A stretch of 64,000 bases of DNA, taken from the NCBI GenBank assembly GCA_050287845.1, contig JBNKCR010000118.1:18938-82937 (forward strand). Direction: 5' to 3'. The stretch comes from Polyangia bacterium. GTDB taxonomy: Bacteria; Myxococcota_A; Polyangia; JAAYKL01. Made by a program: the position numbers and the translations under genes. Within the stretch, counting starts at the first letter, position 1. Every line of letters starts with the position of its first letter. Below the pieces are notes generated by a model. It was not told the origin of the DNA. It ran no database searches and saw only the letters and a list, made by a program, of their open reading frames with translations. Shown here in pieces: positions 28,332 through 38,493 of this stretch.

Positions 28332-29930
28332 ATGAAGACGGATAAAACCGGGGGCGATATTGTTCGTAATACTGGCATGGGGATTATCTATATCACCTTT
28401 GCCAAACTCTGGTTCATGGTGATGGGGTGGGTGCTGGTGTTCGTGCTGCCCAGATTGTTCGAGTGGGCAGCGGGAGGTGATTCGACGGCGGGGAAGGCCA
28501 TGTATGGCGTGTATGGATTGGTGATAACCGGCATCTCTTTTGTGAACAATGGGGTTGTCACCGGAACCATTCAGTCCGTTTCAAAGTTCACCGCTGAAAA
28601 TGAGACCACAGCTGCATCGGTGCGGAGATATGCGTTGCGTACGATGGTCATCGCCGGTGCGGTGATAGCGGTGACTTATGCACTTCTCAGCGGCGTGATT
28701 GCTTCGTACTGGTTTGAGAGCGACGACAATTCTCTGGCTTTTTATATGCAATTGAGTGCGGTGGTGATATTCGCATATGCCTGTTATTCGGTGTTTATCG
28801 GAACGTTGAATGGATTGCGACGGTTTCGCGCGCAGGCCCTGTTCGACATTGCCTACACCACTCTGAAGACCGGGTTAATCGTTGGATTCGTGCTCGCGGG
28901 TTTCGAAGTGCTGGGAACGGTATTGGGATTTATCTGTGCTGCTGTCATCATTGGTATTGCCGCGGCCGCGGTTACCCGAAGGACCCCCGGAGACACGTCG
29001 TTCGATGGCCGGAAGTTCGGTTCGTTTGCCTGGGTAATCATTGTATATACGTTTGTTCTGAATCTGGTGATGATGGTTGACATTTACGTCCTGTCCGGAT
29101 TTGTTCCCGATTTGGCCCGGGCAGCGGGGATGCAAACCAATGAGATTACCGAGTGGATGAAAATTCAGGCGGGGCAGTACAAGGCTGCACAGCAACTGGC
29201 GTTCATTCCATACCAGGCAGTTATCGCCATTGCTTTTGTGGTTTTTCCGCTGGTTTCCAGGGTTGCCAGCGAAGCCGACGCGGTCGTGGCAAAAAGATAT
29301 ATCTCCCGCGCGCTGCGATTTACACTCATTCTGATTGCGGGGGTGGCGTCGGTGTTTGGAGCAGTGTCGGAGGGGGCGTTGCATCTGGTTTTTCCTCCGG
29401 GGTACGAAGTGGCAGCACCGGCGCTGCGCTATCTGTCGCTTGGGATAGTGGCTTTCGGGCTGCTGGTCATATCAAATACCGTTCTGAATGCATCGGGTAA
29501 AAAATGGCATGCCATGATTACAGTTCTTGCGGGACTGGTGGCCGTTGTGGGGTTGGACGCATTACTACTGTCAACCGCAATGGGTGCGGATGCGGATGTA
29601 TTGGCCCGCACTGCAATCGGGACAGCTCTTGGCATGGGGACGGCGCTGATTATCAGTCTGATTTTTGTTTATCAGCAGTTCAAGGCTACTATTCCACTGG
29701 TTTCCACACTGAGAGTGGTGGTGGCTTCGGCGATTGCCATACTCGTGGCGCAGTTTTTACCCGGGGAGGGAAAACTGATGACACTGGTGCATTGTGTGAG
29801 TGTGCTGGTGATTTATTTGGGAATTCTGGGTATCCTGAAAGAGTTTAATGGAGAAGACGTGGCTCAGTTGAAGCAGGTGCTCAATAGAAATGCCAGAAGT
29901 GAACCTGTACGTGCGGCGGATGGAAAATAA
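28332..29930 (+). CDS. MOP-superfamily flippase (MurJ/Wzx-like polysaccharide biosynthesis membrane protein)
   Basis: It is 532 aa with about 14 predicted TM helices and the N-terminal arrangement typical of MurJ/Wzx. Confidence 0.5.
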   Translation: MKTDKTGGDIVRNTGMGIIYITFAKLWFMVMGWVLVFVLPRLFEWAAGGDSTAGKAMYGVYGLVITGISFVNNGVVTGTIQSVSKFTAENETTAASVRRYALRTMVIAGAVIAVTYALLSGVIASYWFESDDNSLAFYMQLSAVVIFAYACYSVFIGTLNGLRRFRAQALFDIAYTTLKTGLIVGFVLAGFEVLGTVLGFICAAVIIGIAAAAVTRRTPGDTSFDGRKFGSFAWVIIVYTFVLNLVMMVDIYVLSGFVPDLARAAGMQTNEITEWMKIQAGQYKAAQQLAFIPYQAVIAIAFVVFPLVSRVASEADAVVAKRYISRALRFTLILIAGVASVFGAVSEGALHLVFPPGYEVAAPALRYLSLGIVAFGLLVISNTVLNASGKKWHAMITVLAGLVAVVGLDALLLSTAMGADADVLARTAIGTALGMGTALIISLIFVYQQFKATIPLVSTLRVVVASAIAILVAQFLPGEGKLMTLVHCVSVLVIYLGILGILKEFNGEDVAQLKQVLNRNARSEPVRAADGK

Positions 29931-29982
29931 TTTTGAGCCAACGCGATGGACGTAATTTGTAAGTTCTGATAATTGGTGTGGC

Positions 29983-30867
29983 ATGGATGGAACGAACGAA
30001 CTCAGAAAAATTGAGAAGGAAATCATTGAAGCCAGGGCGCTGATCATCAAATCGAACAATCTGACCAACTCGCTCAGTTCAGATGTGCGCTCTATCGCGA
30101 GGCGACAGTCTGCATATGAGAGAAGTCTGTCCGCCAGTTCGTTTGTTGTCTACATTATTATTGCGGTGCTGGCGGTGCTGGGCGCACAATTTGCGTATAA
30201 TGCCAGACAGGCGTCCCTTCAAAAAGAGTTGACCCGGGTCTCCGAAGAGGCGGAAAAAGCCAAAGCGGAGTTGAATGCGATGAAGAAGGTGGAGGGAACG
30301 GATGTGCCGCAGAGCGATAAAGATCTTGTGGCATTGTATCAACTCATCAGTGAAGGCGAGCGCCAGGCAACTCTGGATGCCTACGAAAAACTGAATTTGA
30401 ATTCCCTGACGTTTCTCGAAAACAAATTGCTCTCAGATGTGGTGGAACGATTTCGAAATGATCTGTCGATGGAGCACTATGTGAAGGCGCTGGATTTACT
30501 CGAAGGGAAGAAGTATCCCGAAGCCGTTCAGGAATTCAAGGAGAGTCTGCGCTATAAGGACGACGCCGGTCACGCCAAGGCGGCTCGCATTGAAATGGCC
30601 AATGCCCTTCGCCTCCAGGGAAAACCCAGGGAAGCCATCGCTATTTTACAGCGGGTCATCGAAGAACATCTCAACCGCGAACTCTCGGATGATGCCCTGT
30701 GGTTCCTGGCCAAAAGTCACGAAGATGCCCACCAGAAGGATGAGGCGCTTTCCGTGCTGAAAGCACTGCTTCGGCGTCATCCGGAGAGTCAGTACTATCG
30801 GAATGCCCGGGTTCGCGCTGCAGAATTGAGACTGCATATGTGGCGTAGCGGAGATGAAGACGATTGA
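29983..30867 (+). CDS. Membrane-anchored coiled-coil/TPR-repeat protein
   Basis: An N-terminal coiled coil is followed by a TM helix (FVVYIIIAVLAVLGAQFAY), then TPR-like repeats. Confidence 0.45.
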   Translation: MDGTNELRKIEKEIIEARALIIKSNNLTNSLSSDVRSIARRQSAYERSLSASSFVVYIIIAVLAVLGAQFAYNARQASLQKELTRVSEEAEKAKAELNAMKKVEGTDVPQSDKDLVALYQLISEGERQATLDAYEKLNLNSLTFLENKLLSDVVERFRNDLSMEHYVKALDLLEGKKYPEAVQEFKESLRYKDDAGHAKAARIEMANALRLQGKPREAIAILQRVIEEHLNRELSDDALWFLAKSHEDAHQKDEALSVLKALLRRHPESQYYRNARVRAAELRLHMWRSGDEDD

Positions 30868-30895
30868 ACCGGGGCGGACCTACCTGTTGAACGGG

Positions 30896-31765
30896 TCAGA
30901 TGGAGATGGTATCGTCGGTCCCGGGCTGCGTCCCGCGAGCGGGTGAAATTCTTTTCTTAAAACTGTATGCATTGAAATCGTGGAGGAGCTCCGGGGCATC
31001 AGGTGTATCTTCATTCTGAAACCGCTGCTGAAACAGACAGCCACTGGCGCAGTATAAAATGGTATCCGCCACTACCTCGGCCCATTCCCAGTCGTTGTGC
31101 GCGATAACGGCGTCCCCTTGAATGAGGAGGTGCTCATCGAAGTAGCGGCCTCTGCTGTGGAAGGACGAAATTTCTTCGACGCACACTTTTCGAAGTATCC
31201 GGTTTTCAGAGACATTTTTATCAAACAGAACCCTGGTCACTGCGTCGCTCACGGTCTCGCGCTGGGCGGGACGCCATCCATCCCGCTGAAGCCGATTATA
31301 ATAGACGTGGGGACATTCCCGGCCATAGTGATACGGAGGATGATAATGACTGGAGCGATGAACCCTGTCAGACTCGAACAGGGGGACGTGTCCCAGACCG
31401 TCATTGAGCCAGAAGGTGCGATTGCTTAGAAAGAGTCCCCCGCCATTCCAGCAGTTCCCCTTTGCGTAGAGCGATATGGCTTTCAGTTGCGGCGTGCGCG
31501 CCACGGTAGTCCATGAACCGCTGGTTTCGGCCTGCCATTTCCCGTTCATGGCAAAATAGATCCAGTACTTGCCATCCGGAGAAATGTCCGAGCGCCGTTC
31601 GAATATTCTACCTTTGAACCAGTGCGCAATCTGAAACAGGTTTGTTTCCCGATCCCACGTAAACACACAGGTCTGCGAAGATGGCCCACGTCGAATCACG
31701 ATGGCGCGTCTGGCTTCACGGGCGAGTAACACGTGGAGCTCTGGAGGAAATGAGTTGTTTCTCAT
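30896..31765 (-). CDS. Hypothetical protein (289 aa; Trp/His-rich; no recognisable motif)
   Basis: The start was reset to the ATG at 31765, which has a strong SD (GGGGAGGTGcatcATG). The upstream 69 codons of the track ORF are Arg-rich and look non-coding. Confidence 0.4.
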   Translation of the reverse strand: MRNNSFPPELHVLLAREARRAIVIRRGPSSQTCVFTWDRETNLFQIAHWFKGRIFERRSDISPDGKYWIYFAMNGKWQAETSGSWTTVARTPQLKAISLYAKGNCWNGGGLFLSNRTFWLNDGLGHVPLFESDRVHRSSHYHPPYHYGRECPHVYYNRLQRDGWRPAQRETVSDAVTRVLFDKNVSENRILRKVCVEEISSFHSRGRYFDEHLLIQGDAVIAHNDWEWAEVVADTILYCASGCLFQQRFQNEDTPDAPELLHDFNAYSFKKRISPARGTQPGTDDTISI

Positions 31766-32087
31766 GATGCACCTCCCCAGTTGAGTGCTTCTCCTGTGAT
31801 AGTGTTCTTTGGGCAATCCGTGGTTCGGTCTGATAAAGACGGGACGGACGCGGGTGATGACCGCATCTCCCCCGGGGCTCTGGTGCCACCGATCCGTGAA
31901 TATCACCGGTGCAGCCAATCCCCAATCGTTGCGCTGCGCATTTGCCCTCGCAGACAGCTTAATGGGTTTCATCTTTTTTGCAACTGTCTGTGTGTGGATT
32001 GTCGCAGGTTCAGCAAATCGTTACACCAGTGCGACAATCTTGCAGGACAATCGCCGAATTGGCAGAACCCATCCAGGGCAGACCACG

Positions 32088-33077
32088 TCACTCCCGGTGG
32101 TGGATGTTCAGTACCGCGATTTTGGTGGAGTGATTGAAGGGGGCGGGATCGATGAGTTGCGGTGCGGAGATGGTATCCGAATAGCCGATACAGTCCTCGG
32201 GAATGTCAATTCGGGAATTAATGGATACATAGCCATCACTGCACAGGACATCCAGAGAGTCCATGAATTTCCGACCACTGAGGAAGACCGCATTGTTCAC
32301 TGCAACGATTTGTCCCCCATTTCTGACCAGGGGGCGGGCTTTGTTGATGATCCGAATCATATGGCGTTCGAGGTCCACAGTGCCGCGGCTGGTGGTGGAG
32401 AAAAACGGTGGGTCCAGAATGACACAATCAAATTTTCGCTGTTGCCGCTTCAGCTGTTGCGCGATCACAAAAAAGTCACCGCATATGAAATCGCGTTTGA
32501 CCACAGGAAAGCCATTCATGGCGCACGATTGTTTGGACAGGTTGAGGAACGTGCGATTCAGGTCGGTCTGAACCACCGATGCGCCGGCCGCCATTGCGGC
32601 AACACCGATGCTGCCAGTATAGGCAAACGTGTTCAATACGCTTTTTCCACAAAGGGATTCTGTTGCCCAGCGGCGCAGATTTCGCGTGTCCACATAGAAG
32701 CTCGCATCCCGGTTCATGGAAATATCCAACGCAAACCATACCCCGTTTTCCTCAACGCGTGTATCGACCCGCGCGCCCTGTTTCACGATACCGTTACGTT
32801 CGCCTGATACGTCCGATTTTCGGAGTTTGAAAATGGTGCAGGCAACAAAAGGAGTCGTTCTTTCAAGAAGCTCTATCAGTGCACTATGGGTTTGTTGCGA
32901 TGGTTCAATGCTGTAATCGTGAATGACTGCAGTACGCCCGAGAATATCGATGACGTATGTTCCGCTACCCTCTGTGAAACCATTATAGAGGCGGAATCCA
33001 TGACGATGGGGAGGAGTGAACAGATGCCTTCTGGCGTGGATGGCGCGCTGAATTCTTCCGATGGGTGAATTGGCCAC
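32088..33077 (-). CDS. Class I SAM-dependent rRNA methyltransferase, RlmI/YccW-like
   Basis: An N-terminal PUA-like region is followed by a methyltransferase fold. The characteristic FDCVILDPPFFS (DPPxF) motif is present. Confidence 0.6.
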   Translation of the reverse strand: MANSPIGRIQRAIHARRHLFTPPHRHGFRLYNGFTEGSGTYVIDILGRTAVIHDYSIEPSQQTHSALIELLERTTPFVACTIFKLRKSDVSGERNGIVKQGARVDTRVEENGVWFALDISMNRDASFYVDTRNLRRWATESLCGKSVLNTFAYTGSIGVAAMAAGASVVQTDLNRTFLNLSKQSCAMNGFPVVKRDFICGDFFVIAQQLKRQQRKFDCVILDPPFFSTTSRGTVDLERHMIRIINKARPLVRNGGQIVAVNNAVFLSGRKFMDSLDVLCSDGYVSINSRIDIPEDCIGYSDTISAPQLIDPAPFNHSTKIAVLNIHHRE

Positions 33078-33084
33078 GAACGGA

Positions 33085-33753
33085 CTACAGTGCCAGCCGA
33101 CGGCGCAACAGCGATGGCATATGCATCATGCCCCGGCCGAACAGACGAAGACTGAACAGAATGGCTTCCGGGCTGTTGCCCATTCTGGATTCATCGGGAC
33201 AAAATGTATCCACTTCCAGGTGCCGCGTAGTCAGACCGGCCCAGGCGGCGCGAACCAGGATTTCCGCGTCAAAATACATGTCGTTTTTTACGGCAGTCAA
33301 ATTCAGGACGTCTGCCACGGGGTATCCCCTGAATCCGTTCCATGCATCCCGAATCGGGCACATGGCACTGGCGGTAAGCAACGCATTTGAAAAGGAAGCC
33401 CGGGGTTTCTGTTTCCCGGCGGCAACAAAAATGGTGCGGGGATCCTGCCAGAATGCGCTGACGAACATGGGAATGAGCTCGGGTCTATGGGTCTGATTGT
33501 TGGCGTTCAGCAATACAGCATGGGTGTATCCCAGTTCGTGCACCTGCTGCAGCGCCTGAATCACCGAAGGTTGACCGTTGGCCTCGTAACGAAGGAAACG
33601 GGCACCGGTGCCGGCGGCGATGGCTATTGTGTCGTCAGTGGAACCTTTGTCGAGCACATATATGTCCGGCTCCAGCACATTTCGGGCGCCAAGTACAATG
33701 GATTCGATTCTTTCAGAGCTGTTATTGGTGAATAATATTGCGCAGACAATCAT
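33085..33753 (-). CDS. GT2-family glycosyltransferase (small, soluble)
   Basis: The N-terminus is IVCAILFTNN…YVLDKGSTDDT. It is contiguous with the methyltransferase gene. Confidence 0.5.
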   Translation of the reverse strand: MIVCAILFTNNSSERIESIVLGARNVLEPDIYVLDKGSTDDTIAIAAGTGARFLRYEANGQPSVIQALQQVHELGYTHAVLLNANNQTHRPELIPMFVSAFWQDPRTIFVAAGKQKPRASFSNALLTASAMCPIRDAWNGFRGYPVADVLNLTAVKNDMYFDAEILVRAAWAGLTTRHLEVDTFCPDESRMGNSPEAILFSLRLFGRGMMHMPSLLRRRLAL

Positions 33754-33950
33754 CGTTCCGATGCCCTTATCCGGCCCCCTTGTAGAGTATACTCTCAGTG
33801 AGTATCATGACAAGTCTCATCCTGCCGGGCAAGATTCATATCACGAGTTTGTCTGAAGGGAAATATATTCTCCCTCAGATTCAATCTCAGAGTGACTTTT
33901 TAACGGTGATATCGGCTCCATGACGTTGGTTGGCACGTAGCGGAATTCGC

Positions 33951-34766
33951 TTACTTGGAGGGAACGCAGTTATCCTCCAACGAGAAGAATCGGACTTGTA
34001 CCGATTGGGCAGCTTCACCGGTGAACTGAAATGTAGTGGGGCAGTTGGGATCAACATCCCTAAAACAGAACGTCTGCCATATCTTTGAGAACGTTTCCGA
34101 ACCCCCGGCTACAATGTTACCATCACATCCGTTTTCCCAGTCAAACGATATCGGAGGCGTCCAGTTGTCGAGGGAATCCAGTCGGAGCACGGTTGCCCAT
34201 GACAGCAGTTGTTCCACGATGACGCATCCATTTCCGGCCACTTTTATGTCAACCGTCTCGGACAGTATGGTGCAATCTGCCCCGGTGCCGGTATCCACAC
34301 TGGTATCCACGCTGGTATCCACGCTGGTATCCACACTGGTATCCACACTGGTATCCACACCGGATTCGGTATCTGCCCCGGTACGAGTATCGGTTTCAGT
34401 ATCCACACTGGTATCCATATTGGATTCAGTATCTCCTTCGGTGCCGACGTCGGTGTCGGTGCCGGTTTCTGTTGCAGTATCCACGACGGTGGCGGTTCCG
34501 GTTTCTGTATCGCTATTCGTGTCGGCTACGCCGGAATTTGAATTTGTTGCCGAATCCGTGCCGCTGTCCGTACTGATGTGCATATTCGGTGCTGAACCGG
34601 TGTCTGTCCCAAAATTTAAATCGCTGACCGTATCAGTATTGGTATCGGTATCGGCATCCGAATCGGTGACCGGGATATAACGATTATCAGACTCATCGAG
34701 ATGCGTGGAGACACAACTGATGGCGACGGGAAACAGGAAAAATAGTATGTAGTATGGCAATCTCAT
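33951..34766 (-). CDS. Secreted protein with a long T/D/S-rich linker including (VDTS)6, and a C-terminal Cys-containing beta domain. Function unknown.
   Basis: The signal peptide is MRLPYYILFFLFPVAISCVS. A 12-nt tandem repeat occupies about 34290-34365. Confidence 0.5.
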   Translation of the reverse strand: MRLPYYILFFLFPVAISCVSTHLDESDNRYIPVTDSDADTDTNTDTVSDLNFGTDTGSAPNMHISTDSGTDSATNSNSGVADTNSDTETGTATVVDTATETGTDTDVGTEGDTESNMDTSVDTETDTRTGADTESGVDTSVDTSVDTSVDTSVDTSVDTGTGADCTILSETVDIKVAGNGCVIVEQLLSWATVLRLDSLDNWTPPISFDWENGCDGNIVAGGSETFSKIWQTFCFRDVDPNCPTTFQFTGEAAQSVQVRFFSLEDNCVPSK

Positions 34767-34847
34767 GCGTCGAACCTCCTTATTCTGCTGTTGAGTATAC
34801 TACAAAATCTGATTATGTGGTAAAATTGCAGCCAGATTTCAGGTGAT

Positions 34848-35906
34848 TCAGAGTGTTTTCAGCAGAGCGAGGAATTGTTCACTCAGGGTGAATTGGCCTT
34901 TCTGGGGCACCATTCCTTCTGCAAAAATTTCCCAGTTGAGAAATGGCTTTCTGGCAAAAGTTTCGAGATGTTGCCGGTGAAACGCGATGGCCAGTTCGAA
35001 AAAACAGTAGCTTGAACCCGGGTGAATATCCCGTGAAATGACAAAATAGTGCGGTCCGGATTCATCGGTCTGCCAGCTGCGGGATTGTTCCACCTGAGCG
35101 GTGAAGTAGGTGGCGGCGTGATTGGTGACCACGAATCTGGAGGTGGGAAGGATAATCTGGCCACTGCAGCTGCTCGCGTTCCCTTTTCCGCTATTGCCGA
35201 TGAAAAACTGAAATGAGAAATAATGGGTCCACGTCTTTTTGGGATACATGGCGCGGATGCTGGCGGGTTCCTTTACTTCGATGTGCAGCCGCGGATAAAA
35301 ATGACGTCCGAAATATCGCTGCACCAGATAATGTTCCATGGCAATGGATTGGGCACCGGAGCGATGAAAATACTGCTTGTGTTTCATGGATTGATGGGGG
35401 CCCTCATCACTGGCCGGAACATACACCAGCAACACGGCGGTTTCGGTATCTGAGATTTTTTTTCTGGCCAATCCCTGAATTTCAGGGCGGATAGCGGCCG
35501 TAATGATGCGATCCAAATCTTCCACACCGTTGCGGGGATGCAGTCCTGAGATGGCAATGGGTTTGTCCTTATCGAATTCATCGCATTGGACGCCGAAAAC
35601 GAGAATTCCTCCTTCGGAATTGGCAAATGCAGAAACGTGTTTGGCAATTTTTTCCTTGGCGGTGTGGTTCCAGCGACGATCGGCCTGTTTATAGTCGAGG
35701 GTCACTGATTCCCGCTCTTCGTCACCAATCAGTCTCTGGATATCATCAATGGTTTGAATGCTGTCATAGAAATTTTTTATTGAATCGCTCACAAAAATAA
35801 ATCTCCTGTAAGCAATGATGGCCAACAACAGGGGGAAAGTCCAGTGGCAACAAATGAAGAATTCGTACTCGAAAGGATTTTTTTTGAAAAAAAATGTGAT
35901 AAGCAA
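34848..35906 (-). CDS. AlbA_2 (Schlafen-like, divergent AAA/putative DNA-binding) domain protein
   Basis: The motif ESVTLDYKQ…VSAFANSEGGILVFGV matches the E-x-x-LE(F/Y)K … AFAN(T/S)xGGxLxxGV signature of PF04326. The true start is likely internal to the track ORF. Confidence 0.5.
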   Translation of the reverse strand: MLITFFFKKNPFEYEFFICCHWTFPLLLAIIAYRRFIFVSDSIKNFYDSIQTIDDIQRLIGDEERESVTLDYKQADRRWNHTAKEKIAKHVSAFANSEGGILVFGVQCDEFDKDKPIAISGLHPRNGVEDLDRIITAAIRPEIQGLARKKISDTETAVLLVYVPASDEGPHQSMKHKQYFHRSGAQSIAMEHYLVQRYFGRHFYPRLHIEVKEPASIRAMYPKKTWTHYFSFQFFIGNSGKGNASSCSGQIILPTSRFVVTNHAATYFTAQVEQSRSWQTDESGPHYFVISRDIHPGSSYCFFELAIAFHRQHLETFARKPFLNWEIFAEGMVPQKGQFTLSEQFLALLKTL

Positions 35907-36041
35907 TTGCTTTTAGGGAACTGGTGATTTGTCTGTGTTGCGTCCCGGGGGCATGACGGATACAGTATTGTTGCCGTCTGGAAAGAACGAATGCCATTGC
36001 CGCGTATTTTTACGTTCTGGAAGTAATTCGCGTGGCCCCAT

Positions 36042-37103
36042 TTGGCAGACCGGCGACACCGAAACGTCATCAATAGAAAGGATTTGCAACGCGTGTCTTT
36101 TTATAATTTTGAGATGGATTTGCCAACGGTCATTCTTGATATGCCGGAATTGGATGAGTTTCTGGCCCGTAGACGGGCGATTCTGAGAGTACTGATGGGC
36201 ATGGCGGTGATTCTTTTTGTCGGAATGGCCCTGCTCATATATTGGGAGCTCACGGTTATGCCCCGGGAAATGGTGAACGGCGCAGCGGCGGAGGTCGAAG
36301 ATTTGCAGACAAAACCATCTGCGCGACTATCAGTAACCACCGTGCCCCCACGGATTAGCGGTGCAGTGATTACCGTGGATGGCGAGGAAATCTCCGGCGA
36401 TCCGCCCTATGTGTATCTCAAACCGTCAGAGAGTTATCATTCCATTCGAATCAGCGCACCGGGATATGAAGTATTCAGTAAGGATGTGCAGATTGGTCAC
36501 AGTGAAATGATGACTTTTTCGCTTGTGGAGCGGGAAGACCGTGCAATGGCCGGAAATTTGAATCAGCGGCCGAAGAAATCTGCCATTGATTATGATTTTG
36601 CGTCTGACACGCAACCCGAACTGGCTGAAAAAGGAAAAATTGCCGTTGCCACTCGTACCAACGTCGCCGGCGTTGTCCCGGTTGGCAAAGCTGGGTTGTC
36701 GTCCGTGGCGGGGGCGGCGCGAACACCGCGCGGACTTCAACCGGCGACAAGGGGAAAACCGGGTGGAAAACAGGGAAAATTGTCTGCCGGGCGTTCCCGT
36801 CCAGGAGGAAAAACGGTTTTGGCAGAGGTTGGTTCTGGAACATCGGATGGCAGTCGCAATGGTACCGCTGCTGCGCGCAGGGGGGGGGAGAGTATCGCGG
36901 CATCCCTGATCATAAATGCGCCGGTGGGACTCTCCCATCGCGTGAAGGTGTCGGTGGACGGCAAGATGCGCGGATATCTGCCCGTGCTGCTGAAAGTGGA
37001 TGCGGGCCTCCATGAATTGGCATTTTCATCAGAAGGCCGCCGTACGTTCCAGATGGTGAAGCTCGGCCCGGGGCAGATTTCCCGCGTTGTACCTCAGTTA
37101 TAA
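36042..37103 (+). CDS. PEGA-domain membrane protein (two PEGA-like beta domains with a low-complexity basic/Gly linker). The alternative start is ATG at 36114.
   Basis: A TM helix (VLMGMAVILFVGMALLIYW) is present. The PEGA pattern is GAVITVDGEEISGDPPYVYL…HSIRISAPGYEVFSKDVQI. A second similar block is at the C-terminus. Confidence 0.5.
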   Translation: MADRRHRNVINRKDLQRVSFYNFEMDLPTVILDMPELDEFLARRRAILRVLMGMAVILFVGMALLIYWELTVMPREMVNGAAAEVEDLQTKPSARLSVTTVPPRISGAVITVDGEEISGDPPYVYLKPSESYHSIRISAPGYEVFSKDVQIGHSEMMTFSLVEREDRAMAGNLNQRPKKSAIDYDFASDTQPELAEKGKIAVATRTNVAGVVPVGKAGLSSVAGAARTPRGLQPATRGKPGGKQGKLSAGRSRPGGKTVLAEVGSGTSDGSRNGTAAARRGGESIAASLIINAPVGLSHRVKVSVDGKMRGYLPVLLKVDAGLHELAFSSEGRRTFQMVKLGPGQISRVVPQL

Positions 37104-37115
37104 ACATATCTCAAC

Positions 37116-38249
37116 TCAGCCGGATGTTGCTGTGGCGATTTCATCGCCGATGCCGGCCCAAACGGCCTGAAACTCACGTTCTCCAAACTGGGCACCTGAA
37201 ACCAGCCAATCGGTAAAGAGTTCACCGCCTGCACCATCGAACTGGCCTACGATGTCGAGATGGTCTGCGCGGGTGGTGTAAATCAGTTTTCCGTACAGTT
37301 GACTGACCAGGGGCGAAATACCGTCGTTGCAGGACGGCGATATGGGCATATCCAGTGTGGTTCGCAGCGTCTGAAAGATATCGCGCGGCAGGGACGGATA
37401 GGGATAACTGGGATGTTCCCGTCGGGCAATGGTGTGCAGAAAGGTAAACAGGAGCAGGGACAGCGCTGCGGTTGGGGAGACCGATTCTGTCCGCAGTGTG
37501 TTGAGGTTCGGAGACGGGACGGCATTCATCACGCAGCTATATGCAATACCGGGCCGATCGGTCACCGCGGCGTTGAACAGGTGCAGGGCTTCCGGTGTCA
37601 GTTGGATGATGGCCCCCTGATCGATTTTCATGGTTTTGAGGAATTCCCAGATGGGATCGTCTGCATCGAGGGTGATATGGCTCAGCAAACGGTTTACCAG
37701 ATGGTCGAGAAAGGTCTGATTGCGGCCGAACCAGTCATCCATGCGCGCGGCCAATGCGAGGATTTTGGAAAGCCAGAAGATAGATCTCCTGCCAGCAGAG
37801 TTGTTGGACAGACTGGTGAGAAACTGCAGCAGCTGTCGCCCCGGCAGGGTGGTGAAGAAACCGGCAAGGGGTGTGCCGTAATGGGGGGTGGAAACGCAGA
37901 TGGCGGTTCTGGTTTTTTCTCCAATCCGGTTTTCAAGCCCGTCGTCGAACAGTTTGACACCGGGAGACAACAGCAATCGGACGTCGAGACCGCCTGTGGA
38001 ATGACCGATAAAGTGCAGGGTATCTGCGTCCGTTCCGCCGTTCCGGTCCACCTCATGGGCCAGTTTCTGGGCGCGACGATGGATGGAAGACGTGGCCTGG
38101 GTGGCGCATCGGATGATTTCCACATCCAGCTGATGCGCCTTTGCCAGGTACTGTTTCAGCGTTTCTCCAACTCTTAAAAAATAGCTGTACGTCCCCAGCG
38201 ATGAGAAACCGAAAAAACCGGGAACGAGGTATATCTGTATCTTTTTCAT
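37116..38249 (-). CDS. Alpha/beta-hydrolase, lipase/esterase-like (GHSTGG nucleophile)
   Basis: The start is at the internal ATG (MKKIQIYLVPGFFGF…). The GxSxG motif is at HFIGHSTGGLDVRLLL. Confidence 0.55.
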   Translation of the reverse strand: MKKIQIYLVPGFFGFSSLGTYSYFLRVGETLKQYLAKAHQLDVEIIRCATQATSSIHRRAQKLAHEVDRNGGTDADTLHFIGHSTGGLDVRLLLSPGVKLFDDGLENRIGEKTRTAICVSTPHYGTPLAGFFTTLPGRQLLQFLTSLSNNSAGRRSIFWLSKILALAARMDDWFGRNQTFLDHLVNRLLSHITLDADDPIWEFLKTMKIDQGAIIQLTPEALHLFNAAVTDRPGIAYSCVMNAVPSPNLNTLRTESVSPTAALSLLLFTFLHTIARREHPSYPYPSLPRDIFQTLRTTLDMPISPSCNDGISPLVSQLYGKLIYTTRADHLDIVGQFDGAGGELFTDWLVSGAQFGEREFQAVWAGIGDEIATATSG

Positions 38250-38493
38250 TTTTTCCGCCGTGTGGTTCGGGTGAAAGTTCCGAATTGTCAAACCTTGTAT
38301 CGGAGTAAACTGCAAACGGACGGTTTTGTCAAAAGCGCCCGGGTAAAAGCATATCCAGGGGTATGTGGCAGGGAGAAGTGCTGGACACACAGTGATTGTA
38401 CCGATTTCATAATGCCCCATTGCATATCGGGTAGGCTGGGATTACTATTTTTCAGAATAATTAATTAGACATCCCGGAAGGAAGCTGTAATTC

